Shown piece by piece: positions 48,401 to 59,496 of a stretch of DNA of 64,000 nt (its first letter is position 1; each line of letters starts with the position of its first letter). The stretch spans positions 23,932,001 through 23,996,000 of the forward strand of contig CM052824.1 in assembly GCA_028534125.1 (NCBI GenBank), read 5' to 3'. Made by a program: the position numbers and the translations under genes. Under the pieces are notes generated by a model that worked only from the letters and a program-made list of their open reading frames with translations, ran no database searches and had not been told where the DNA came from. The stretch comes from Lama glama. Its lineage: Eukaryota.

Positions 48401-49260
48401 TGGCATTATTTTATCATCTTTTTCACTGAGTAGTATTCTATTGTATAAATATACCACAACTGCCTTATCCAGTCATCTGTTAATGGACATTTAGGTTGTT
48501 TCCATGTCTTGGCTGTTGTATATAGTTGGCTATCTGTACACTTCATTATTGCCTTGTCAGTATTGGAATTAACACATAGTCATTTTCTTGGCTTAAAATT
48601 GAGTAAATGATAATCAGGTTTCAACTCATGGGTCAATGATATATTCACTCGTATGTTGAGAGATCCCAAAATTTTCTAAGTGTCAGGAACAAGCATTGGG
48701 TTGAACTATCAATGCCCACCCTCAGGGAGGGATGTGGAATCAGTGCTATGCAAAAAAAAGTTATTTGCTTTGCCTGTTCTGAGACTTCTATCTCAGTATT
48801 CTTCTCAAATTTATAAAATTGCTTTTCAGATCTCTAATACTTGTCAACCTTTGTCCTGAGAATGTTATTAGCTGTTCTGACATGTGAAATGCAGTAAGAA
48901 ATTCTACACAACTGGCTGTATAAATCCCATGTTGTAGTGCTGTTCATTTTAAAGCCTTAACTACATAGCACAGTTGTAGAATGTGCAGAACATACAAAAA
49001 AAATTAGGATTTATGCTTGTTCTGTGCTGTCAGTTAAACCTTGGCAACCAAATTTGATATTCTTAAATGTATATTCACTCACAATGTATATTCTAAATTA
49101 TATTCAAAAATCAAAGTTCAGTTCACAGTGTACCTTACATGCATTTCTCTCACATGGTTATGTAACGTGGTATGGCTGATACATTGCCTGCATTCAAACC
49201 AATGCTCCTCATTTCTGATGGAATGGTGCTAATAACACCTCGAGGTCAAGCTCCTCCGAA
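45330..49260. repeat. Local segmental duplication copy C (more diverged), containing an LTR at 47620-47960
   Basis: Collinear with copies A and B, e.g. CTGGCACCAAAAGGATAA and GAGATCCCA...CATCAGTGCT.TGCAAAA. Confidence 0.85.
47975..48527 (-). mobile_element. L1 3' end inserted in copy C only
   Basis: Antisense L1 3'UTR/ORF2 end; ORF 48242 reads MVYLYNRILLSEKDDKIMPFAAAWMEMEIVILS (ORF2 C-terminus). Confidence 0.92.
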
Positions 49261-49699
49261 ATAGGCTGGTCCATTGCCATAGACCCTGGGTACAAGGCAC
49301 CCACCTTTCACTCTTGAACAGCTTAATTCTCAGCTGTATGTTAGCTTTTAGTTGTGACACCGTGATCACTTGAGTTTCTCTGCCCTATTTCTTGCACTGT
49401 TCTGACTCCAATCACTGATGGGAATCCTTTGTAGACAGTATTAATAGTCCCTGAGTATATCACTGGGGCTCTTTGGGTGTAACAGGATCTTGGAGCTTGC
49501 TGGCATGTCTGTGAGGCTTAGGTGGGATGGCACAGAAGCCCTGAGGAACTCAGTATGGTTAATGTGTAAACTGACCGGTATTCCCGGGTCAGGCGATCTG
49601 GACTTTACCTAAAAGCCAAGTAAGAGGTTATGTCATCTAGAAAATTAAAGTCATCTGAGAAGATGTGTCAGACTCAGCATCCATATGATAAGTGGGAAT

Positions 49700-50130
49700 A
49701 TGTCAGTTCAGATCCTCCAAGAAGCAGGCATCAGGTGTAACGACTTTGGGGAAAGCTATAAGAATAACAGGGAGAAGATATCAGGAGTGGGTGGGGAGGA
49801 ACTTTGAAATGCAGTGCAGGTCTGACATCTGAAATGGGAGGAAAAAGGGGAGGGGAACTGAGTAAGAGGAGACTGACTACAGTGCAGTTCTGACTTGGGC
49901 TCCCCATTGGCTGGACAAAACTTCCTCAAAGATTGCCTATAAAAGATACCTGCTCAGAGGGGAATGGCACTGTTCCAGTAACCTTACCATGCTCAGTCAC
50001 TAGCTCAGAGAATCCCAAGAAGGTTAGGCAAGTGGATGCTGCAGTTCAGAGGGGCAGCACTGAAGGATACCTCCACCATCTAATCTCCTTGTACATAATC
50101 CTCTTAAAATCTAAGCAGCACATCTCCATG
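49700..50130 (-). mobile_element. ERVL-class LTR (LTR16-like)
   Basis: TGTCAGTTCAGATCCTCCAAGAAGCAG start, CACATCTCCATGG end; paralogue of 42915-43330. Confidence 0.7.
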
Positions 50131-50759
50131 GATTATTTCTTTTCTGGAGAAACAAATTTGTGAGGGACATGTTTGAGAGGCAATTCCTCTTTGGTTCTCA
50201 TGGCTCAGGGAAGTTTGAAGAGCTAAAGTTGCTCAGGACTCACACATATGTCTCTATCTGATGTTTCAAGGCCCCGTGTTTTTCCAGACAGCCCTGATCT
50301 TAGCATAGAGACCTGCTTTAGTTGAGCATGCACAGCTTTGAGCTTTGTCACTGAGCTAGCTTCTTGGCCTCTGCTATTTTTCTGTAGAAGATTCTGTAGG
50401 AAGGCCTTCTTGTAAACTATTGAAATCAAATTTATGCCTTCTGGCTCTCCCACTTATCTTTGACATATTGACGACCCTCAGGTACTCAGTAAACCTCTGC
50501 AGAACACTGATTCCATCTAGGACCAACTAGCCATCTCTGCTGTCCTTTTAGACATCTTTACAATCTTTATACTGTACCGTTCAATACTTGTATCATTGTA
50601 TTTCCAATAGCATTATCCCATACAGGGACCTTTACTCAGGTTACCAAGGTTGAAGTCCTCAGTAATCGGAGAGCTACCGTGTTCCTGGAATTTTCTGTAT
50701 AATTCCATTTGATATCAAATTAATCTTACTGCCTGCTTTCTTGGACCACTTCCATTCCT

Positions 50760-51160
50760 CTGTTCATCCAGGTCTTCTAAGAGGCAAACATCAAGATGGA
50801 AGTAAACATATAAGATCTTTTGAGGAAAACACCTTGTGAAGGGTAAAGAGCAGAGTGAACAGGAGTAGATGGGACTTAATACTAGTCTGATAGGTAGGAA
50901 AGAGGGGAGGACTGGGCATACGAAGACTCAGATTGGAGGACAGTTCTAGGAAAGTCTCAAATAGGACATTGTGGGTTTCTAGGGCAAAAACTACCTATAG
51001 ATGATTCTCGTTGAGCAAGAAAGACCCAGACTTAATAACAAGTCATGCTTAGTCACTGGCTGTGAGCACATGGGCAGAGGGTGGCCTCCACATGTGTACT
51101 TCAAAAAAAAACATGGAGATGTATCCACTGGAGTCTATAACTGTCTTTCTTAGAGGAACT
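50760..51160 (-). mobile_element. ERVL-class LTR (LTR16-like)
   Basis: CAGGTCTTCTAAGAGGCAAACATCAAGATGG...GACTCAGATTG...GGGCAAAAACTACC layout. Confidence 0.65.
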
Positions 51161-51433
51161 TCTCGATGTTTGTCACTAGATTCAAATATTCCTATGTCTT
51201 TAACATGGAAAATGTAGTAAGAAAGGGGGAGCATGATAAGATTTTTCTAAATTAATCACTGAATTATTCAAGAAAACATTTGAGAGACTTATTTAATAGA
51301 AGATTTTGTTCAGAAACCACAAAACTTGTATGCTAAAGGAATAAAATCACATGGTAACCTTGTAAGTCCAACCAAAGGGACTAGAAGAACCATGGTCTGG
51401 TATTATGGCATGTCTTGATTCTAAAATAATGGT

Positions 51434-53830
51434 GGCCAGATAATTAAGTCCTGATAGACTTTGTGCCCAGGGACCTACCCAATGGTCAATTCCTTGGTCC
51501 TGACTCTATGAATGCAATGAAAATGCTTGGTCTTTGGCAGAACCCTAATACTGTTTTCTTAGCTTGTGGGTAAGAACTAGCGTCATGGGGATGGCCAAAT
51601 GGAAGTTTCTAAAACTCACCCCTAATGGCCAAGATAGAAATCAAATATTACACCCTTGAAAGAAATGGCAAGCTTGAGTGCCATCATTAAAAACGGCATC
51701 TTTCCATTCTTTTCCTCTTAAACCATCAATCTGACCCCTTGAAAAGTCAGGTTTCTGAAGAAAGTTCCTGGAAAAAGAGTGAACTCAATAGTAGGTGAAG
51801 TGTTTTGCTACAGCTAATACCACCTCAGATACATGGGCCTGGGACAAGTTTGTACACGTATATATGACGGTCTTCCCGAGGCTATGTCTGTTCTACCTTC
51901 TGCCAAAATAGGCTGAAAAGACTTGTACATCTGGACATCTTGTGGAATGTTACGTTTCCTATACTAAATTGATGAACAAGAAGTGGCAAATATTTTTGAA
52001 GCACGTCAGAAAGTGAGAGTTAAACCCATGAAGATTCAAGAGACGACCATTTCAGTGACGCTTTTAGGAGTCCAGAGGCTTATAGCCAATACCAGGAAAT
52101 AGCCTCAAAGTAAAGGACAAGCTCTACCATGAAGGAAGAAGTACAGTCAATAGCTGACACCTCTTCAGTTTCACGAGGCAGACTGTTATGCTTCCCTTGG
52201 TGATAACATTCTGATCTCTATACCAGATGACATGGTTAGAACGGTGCCCAGAGTTGGAAGGGCCCTGCTGCTTGGGCCATATAATCCAGCATATCCTATG
52301 TCAGTGGCAGCATCTGTGATGAAGGAAAAATATCAGGTAGGATTAATGACACCTTCTAATAATCATAGCATAGATCTCTGGTGTATCAGCACAAAAGCCA
52401 TGCCTCCTGTAGCAGAGAACTCTATACCTTTGAAAACTAGCTCTTAATATTCTGTTGGACTTACAAGGAGGAGAACCCACCTTTTCCTGGGACACCAAGG
52501 GAGAATGTAGCCAGAACAGCCCATCCTGAATGGGGTTCTGTCAGATTGCCCAAGTCATAAATACAGGTAGATCATCACTAATTTATCATAAAATGTACAG
52601 CTTCCACTCAGGACCAACACAAGTAAGCTATACAATTACGTGGCCCAGACTGTCATGTCATCCATGGAAGTTTTACTGAGAGCTCCCCCTCAACTCACAC
52701 CCATAGCCATGTAGGGGATTACTCAACCAGCCGACAGAAGTAAAAAGATCAAGTCTGTGCCCAAATGGGTCATTTCCTATCTGGCTAAAACAAAGGATTG
52801 CTTCTATTCACAGCTCCAGTCAAACTAGAGAGAAAAAACCCTCCAAGTGGGCAGAGCTTTGAGTGATGTACCTAGATAGACACTTTGGGGAAAGAAGGAA
52901 CTTAGAATATATATATAAAATCATGACTAGTGACAAAAGACCTGAACAGCTAGTGGAGGACGTGGAAACAGACTAGAAGATGAGGGGCAAAGAGGCCTGA
53001 GGAAGGGGCATATGGACGTGTATATGGGAGTGGGCATAATGATGAGGACCTTTGTATGACTTAAGAAAGGCGTCTACCACAGAACAGTTATTTGACAAGG
53101 TAAATAGAATTGTTCAGCCAGTCGACAAGAACCAGTCTCATCACTGACCTCAATTCTTTTTCCATAAGCAAATGAGTGGACTAGTCATGAAGATAGAGAT
53201 GGAAGCCACACGTGCACCCAAAGCCACTGACTCCCACTCACCAATGCTGGTCTTGCTGCTGCTGCTGCTGCTGCTGCTGCCAAACAGACAAAATGCCAAA
53301 ACAAAATACGGCAACATCTCTGGAAACTGACTGGTTAGTTGGCAGTTTATTTTGACAGGAATAGACACACATTCCAGGCATAGGTTTGTCTTTCCTGCCA
53401 GCAGGGCCCTGACCAGTATTCCTATCCTAAGGCTACAGGGTGTTTGATCCAGTGGCAGAGAATTTTGCATATTACATGGAGAAAGAGAGCTGCATTATCA
53501 CAAAGGAGGACAGTAGTGAGCTCATGACCATGGGATTTACTGGTCCTATACCATATACTGCAACACCTGGAACTCCAGGCTTGAGGAAGTGATGGAACAG
53601 CCTGTTTAAAGCACATCTGAGATTCTGACTTAGACATGATCATCCTGGAAGATGGTACCCTGTCATTAGAGTGTATGTGCAAACTAAATCAACAACCATG
53701 GTATGGTGCTATATCACTGACAGGTAAAATACCCGGAATCAAGGATTTAAAGCAAAGATGGACCCATTTCTATCACTCCTAACTAGAAAATTTAGCAACT
53801 TGTATTTTTAGTCCTTGCATCTTTTGGGGT
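51434..53830 (+). mobile_element. pol: ERVL pol remnant (protease end, RT, RNase H, integrase), heavily disrupted
   Basis: ORF 52232 LLGPYNPAYPM...STKAMPPVAENS (ERVL LGPYDPADPM...SKALPSSADNY); AAACCCTCCAAGTGGGCAGAGCTT = KPSKWAEL (RNase H); TTGACAGGAATAGACACACATTCC = LTGIDTHS (integrase). Confidence 0.9.
53254..53280 (+). repeat. (TGC)9 triplet repeat within ERVL pol
   Basis: Perfect run. Confidence 0.95.
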
Positions 53831-56800
53831 CAGTTTGATAGGACAGTAGGTTGGCTCACCCCCTTGAAATTGTACCACGTCTCGCTGTTGGAAACACTGA
53901 TGTAATTCAGAGAACTGGTAATCTGCTGTTGGAGTGCACCTCTCCAGGACTAGAAAATAAGAGACAGGGATGAGAAGTGACCAGGCTCACCTATTTACTA
54001 GATGACATTAGGTTTCCCAACAGAAAATAACTGGTTTGGGTGGGAGTGTAAACTTCCTGCTTTCATACTCTCTCCAGAGACCATTATTCTGGTCTGAGTA
54101 GGGGAGGTTAGGAAGGAACAAGAAACAGAATATGAAGGACCTTGAGTAACTAGTCTAACTTTATAGGTTACACTGTAGGGTTTTGATTATGTGTCACAGT
54201 AAAATTTGGGATTGCTGGAAAACTTGCTCATGGCACAACCAAGGGTGATCAGTATGATTACATGCAGATGGAGGTTTTGGATAACATTATTTGACACCCA
54301 GAGAGAGTATCTGTTTGTCAATGCCTGGGAAATTCTTATCAAGTTGTCCTTCCAAGCCTGGAGCAGGGGTGGGGGTCGGGCAAAGTCAACAAAGAAGCAT
54401 GACAAAAAGAAGGGCAATCATGTTTCTAGTTCAATGTGTGGATTTAGAAGCATCAAGCAAGTAATCTAACAAGTGAGCTACTCATCACTTTTGGAGGCTG
54501 CCTTCTGAATAGCAACTTGAGACCTATCAGGGATTCACTTGTCCATTCGGAGACATCAGCGTTGGGAGCATGGAGCCAGGCAAGGTCGGGGTGACTACAG
54601 CCGCGATGGTCTCCAACAGCATATTTTCAGTTCCCTATGAGGTTTCTGTAGATCGGCGGTGCCCCTGGGGATGCTTGTGGAGCCAACTTAACTCGAGTGT
54701 GATGAATCCATAGCTTGACTCATTTTTAATATCACTGAGGAATGGGTCACTACTAGCACCTCAAATTCTGGTCCAGCAAGGATGGAGCTGGTTTTCTGGG
54801 TGCTCCTTTTTCTAAGACTCTGAGTAGGACCTAGTCTTCAGGACACAGTGGTGCAGAGGAGCATCTGTGGGAAACATCAATCTGCTAGAAGCAAACTTTT
54901 ATAGAGTGTTAGAGTAGTTCCTAATGATGGTACATACCTGACAGTGTTTTGTTCCTTGATTCCAGTGCCTCCGGTCTCCTAAATCAAGTCTAGAATATAG
55001 AAATGGGCTATATAGGGGCTCAACTGAAGCCTGCTTCTAGGGGACACTCTCACCCAAAGGAGGGTGCCTGGTAAGGCTTTATCCCAAGGTAAATTTGTGT
55101 CTTGAAAAATCTTAGCTAAAGTCCTTTTTGAGAGTGATTCATCTTCTTGCCAGGAGATTGCAATTGCAAAGAAGCGTGTAGTTTCCAACTGCTATCTGAG
55201 GCACCGAATGCTTGAGTTATTTTTGCCACAAAGGCTCAGCCACTGTCACCTTCAATAGACACAGGTATCCTTATGGCATTCCCAATCCAGTCTAGAGATT
55301 CACTGTCCCCTCCTTTAAGAGCTTTGTAAAGGCTTTAGCTATGAGTCCAAAGTATAAGGCGACAGAACCCAGCTGGTCCCAGAACCTGCAACTGTTCCCT
55401 GGTAGTGAAAACTGCAGTCCTGGCTGGCGTGTCCCTTCTGTCAGGGGACAAGCTTCTCTATCCTTGTGAGAGTTTGAAACCCAAGTATTAAACAGAAGGC
55501 TGGGAGATGTGTGTCTATTTCTTAGATATCTGATAGCTTGGTTCAGCCAAAAAGTTCAAAGTCAGAACTGTATTCTAGTCAGAGGTGACCTTTGCTTTGC
55601 TGGCAATCAGAGTATCATTCCATTAAAGGTCCCTCAAGTCCTTTTTGCCAAGACTTTTCCCAAATATAGTGGGGGCACTTTCAAAATCCTGAGCAGGCAC
55701 TGTCCAGCAGCACTGTTGTTTAACTCCTGTACCTAAATCTTCTCATTCGAAAGCAAGCACCTTGGGATTCACAACTCAGGGGTACACAGAAAAAGGCATC
55801 TTTGAGACTTTCTGTTACCTTCACCATGCACTTCAAAGCAGTGAGCAGAGTGTATGGGTTATGGACAACTGGATGAATATCTTTCACAATTTGATTAATT
55901 TCTCTCAATACAAATCATCTGTGCCTGGCTGCTACACTGGTAAAATCTAAGTTATCATAAGGCGACCAGCAGGAGTGCACCAAGTCATAGTCAAGGAAGG
56001 CTGTTGGCAGGGGCTCCGTCCCTTGCTCTGCCCCTTCCTTTAATGGGCACTGCCTTCAGCTTGGAACTTTGGCCCCAGGACAGTCTGACTGTATGGGCGT
56101 GGCTGTTCTTGCTCTCCCTTGCCTCTCCTTAGCACATACGTCTGGACCTACCTCCTGCAGGATCTCTTCTGGATGTGCTGAGGATATTCCTTTTGGGGTT
56201 GGAACAACTAACCCACAGTGCACAAGCCTGCTTGGGTGGTACCTTAATGCCCATTTGTCCTGGTACAAAGATACACTTGGCAATTAATTTGGCTTATAAT
56301 CTCTTCCTAGTAGAAGAATGGGATATTCAGGCATATACAAAAAATAATGCTTTGGATGAATCTTCCCCATCTGACAGTCTGAGAGCTGGAGAAAGGGCTT
56401 TTTCAGGGTTTCTCTGGACATGTTACTAACATAGTCTCAGAAGAAAGTTCAGAAAATGAAGTATTCAAAACCAAGTAAGTGGCTCCCATATTGATCAGAA
56501 AGTCCAAAGTTCATTTCCCAACCTTGTCATCACCTGGGGCTCTGTGTGGGAAATACTGAGGGACTCAGAAGGATTTAAAGAACCCCTGGGCCCCATTATT
56601 CCTGGTCATTGTCATTCTCAATCAGCTCAGACATGTGTTATTTCCCCCTAGTTCACCTCCCTCGTGAGCCTCACTCAAGATAAGACACTCTCTTCCAGCG
56701 TGACTTCTGTTAGCACATTGGGCAGGGTCCCCCCACTGCTGGGTGTCTCTTGTGGGTGGAAGCTTGGGTCAGGGGCCTCCTGCATGTGCCGGGTCCCTCC

Positions 56801-58928
56801 TGGGGACCTCAGTGTGGTCTGGCTCTTCCCTGTGTCTAGGCAGCCGAGTGGCCTGTTTCATCTTTCGTTGCTCCTTTTCACTCCTGAACCTGACCTGTCA
56901 TGGGAAACTTTAAAGGCAGTTTCTACCAGTTGAGACCCAGGCTTCCCCAAGACCCCTCTCCCCCTGTCACTTCCTCTGTATGTCAGGGGGGCTCTGACCA
57001 TGAAACATATTGAAGTTCTCTGGTGCCTTAGGATATGCATCAGTGTGTTTCCCGTAGGCCTCAAAAACCCCTTTGAGAAACTCTGAAGGATCTTCGTTTG
57101 GTTTGTTTTCTTCCTGCACTTTTCACAGCTTCATTATTTGAGGCACTGTAGTCCTGCAAGAATACAGTCTCAAGAATCATGTTCAAATTTCAGTCTACCA
57201 CGTGCATTCACACCCCAGTTAGGCCCCATTCGGTGCAGCTGCGCCTGCTGCAGCCTGCACCGGGTTGCCAGGGGTGTCTGCATGAAGCTGATCTGCCACC
57301 TCCATAGTTTTTTTCCTAGCACCATTCTTCTGAAATAAGGAAGGTGATTAGTAAATTGCTAACATCTGCCCAGGTTGGGTTGTCGGTAGAAAAGATGTTT
57401 TTATTCTCGATGAATTGGAAGGATGATATGCCAACATAACAAATCTGAAGTTGAAAAAGGGGGAATGGACTCAGGTCAATTCCATCAACTGCCCAGCCTT
57501 AGAGCTGAGGCCTCCTATGGGACTTGCCTTAATGGCTATTGCCCTGCCTGGTTCTGGGTAGCTCCTTGGCCAAACCAGGACCCTGATAGGTGTGAAATGG
57601 GGAGAACATTCCTATTTCCTGACCCTCAGGGACTCGGGGAACCTGAGCCTGAGGTTGTGATGGAGATTCAGCCATATGTGGGTGGAGGAGCAATCAAGAG
57701 TATTCAACTGAAGTGATAGTAAATCATCCTCCTTTTCATTAGAATCAGACAAAACATTGTTTTGCCTTTCCTTTTTTTCTGGACCACAGTCATACTTTGC
57801 ACAGGTTTATGCTGGTATAAGAACATAAAACACAGAACACAAGGTTTTTCACACCATTTTTCTTTCCATTTACAAGGTACATCTAATTGTAAAATTGTAT
57901 TATAATTTAAGGATCATTTTTCAGGCCATTTTTTTCCTCAAGTCTAACACCTATCGTGTCCAAGTGGTGTTATGAAAAAAAAATAGTACCTTTTTCATTT
58001 ACATGGGTTGATAACTAAAAGTTGCCCAATTCTGGAGAATGTAACCTAGAAGGCTGCGAGGGAGAATGGAATTAACACTTCTCATTTTGGAAGGTTTTAC
58101 TTTCCCCTGCGGCTGCAGTAAACGCTACCCAGGCAGACCCTCAGAAAGGCTTTGTTTGTACAAATTATCCAGTGTCGACAAAGTTTGGGGAAGTAATCTC
58201 CAGGTGAGCAGCTGATGCCACTTTTGTCAGGAATGATGAAGGCCTGGAAAGACTGCTCTTTTAAAAGAGGGTCCCTAGAAAGTTGTTACATGTCATGGGC
58301 AGACATGCCAACACTTCTGTCCCCAGTCACCTGGAATTTCCCAAGAGACTGGAGGGAACAGTGCCCCTTTTCTTCAGAGTCAAGGAACCCTCCTAGGTTA
58401 ATTCCTAAGGGACTTTTATTACAGTCACCAAGGAATTTGGCCCCTAAATAGCCAATTCTGAATAATCAGAATGACAGAGACAGACAAAGCCAACTCCCAG
58501 GTTTGAGAACCTTAGCAGCTCCCGCTTTTCATGGTTTCTTGCAAAGGGTGGACCTCTAACCCATCACCCTGGCCTTGGGACTCCAAGCCAAGGGTCTGGA
58601 TCTAGCCTGACTAAAATCTGCCCAAGGTGGGAGTCTAACCCACAATCTTGACCAGATTATTAGACAACTTAGGCACAGGTAAGTTTTAACAAGGTTACTC
58701 ACCCAAGGAAATCTTCCAAACCCGGGAACTATTTCTCAGCTGCAGAGGGAAACCATGCACCAAAGGTCGGCACCTCTGCACTGGGAACATCCTGGGGAGA
58801 GCTCTGGGGACAGGTGATCCCCACCTGACGCTTCTGTTATTTGTCCCCAGGCTCCCAGGACTAGCTAGGGGCCAATAAACCATGGCAAAAATCTGTCTGG
58901 ACTTATTCTGCTGGCTGGCTCACAAATA
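53830..58928 (-). mobile_element. Class I (gamma-like) provirus B internal region: leader, gag, pro, partial RT, large deletion, IN C-terminus, env 5' part; defective
   Basis: Splice donor GG|GTGAGT at ~58702; MA motif KWPE..SLNYNTILQLD (~57880-57930); CA motifs FSTSDL and PTWADVSNLL (~57350-57460); protease DFLINMGATYLVLN (56461-56505); RT INQIVKDIHPVVHNPYTLL and LKDAFFCVPL; IN LAKIFQDTNLPWDKALP; env AWKDNLIRISQAL. Confidence 0.93.
58908..58925 (-). promoter_or_regulatory. Primer-binding site, tRNA-Arg(ACG)
   Basis: Minus strand TTGTGAGCCAGCCAGCAG vs TGGCGAGCCAGCCAGGAG (complement of the tRNA-Arg ACG 3' end), 15/18 match, 3 nt from the LTR end. Confidence 0.8.
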
Positions 58929-59496
58929 TGTTACCAAACCAGGTTCATGTACCAGAGTAGTGGCAAGTCACATGCTGCAAAGTAGAGGTTGGCAGCTGAG
59001 AAAAGTTTCATTTAGGAGGCAACCAAGTGAGACGACACAAAAACAAATCTCAACTTCACTCCCAGCCCTGAAGATAGGGTTCAGCGAACTTCATGGAGTG
59101 AAGGAGCAAGGGAGTCTGAGGCATGGGGAAAGGTGACTGGAGGTAAGAAAAGTGAGGTAATTGGTGGTCCGTTGTAAGATTAGTTGAGTTTCACAGCTCT
59201 TCATAGGACACAAGTTCAGAAAATGGTTGTTAGTGTGTTCTGAGGGTGGAGTTTGGGCCCCCTGACATCAAAAGGTCATGAATCAGACACTCAGGCCCGG
59301 TTGAGTGGCAAATGGTCTCAACCAGTTTGAACTGGGCAAGACTTAGCTCCAAGTTCCTGAAAAACGACTTAAGCAACAGTCACTATAGTGAACCATATGC
59401 CAGATGTCACTGTAAGAAAGCTAATGGGAGCTGAGTTTAAAGTCAACTAAAAGCAAGAGAGGCAGGTTAGGGTTGGCAGGTTAGCCCTGGGTTTCA
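58929..59496 (-). mobile_element. Class I ERV LTR (MER31/MER67-group-like) shared by proviruses A and B
   Basis: Minus strand TGAAAC...GGTTTGGTAACA termini; purine-rich tract immediately upstream; PBS immediately downstream. Confidence 0.8.

Noticed and set aside
21110-49260. Imprinted-type snoRNA or miRNA tandem array
   Set aside because: I saw no conserved C/D box pair with terminal stem and no conserved hairpin recurring across copies; not tested computationally.
51434-53830. Functional ERVL pol
   Set aside because: Fragmented by many stops and deletions; only short motif remnants remain.
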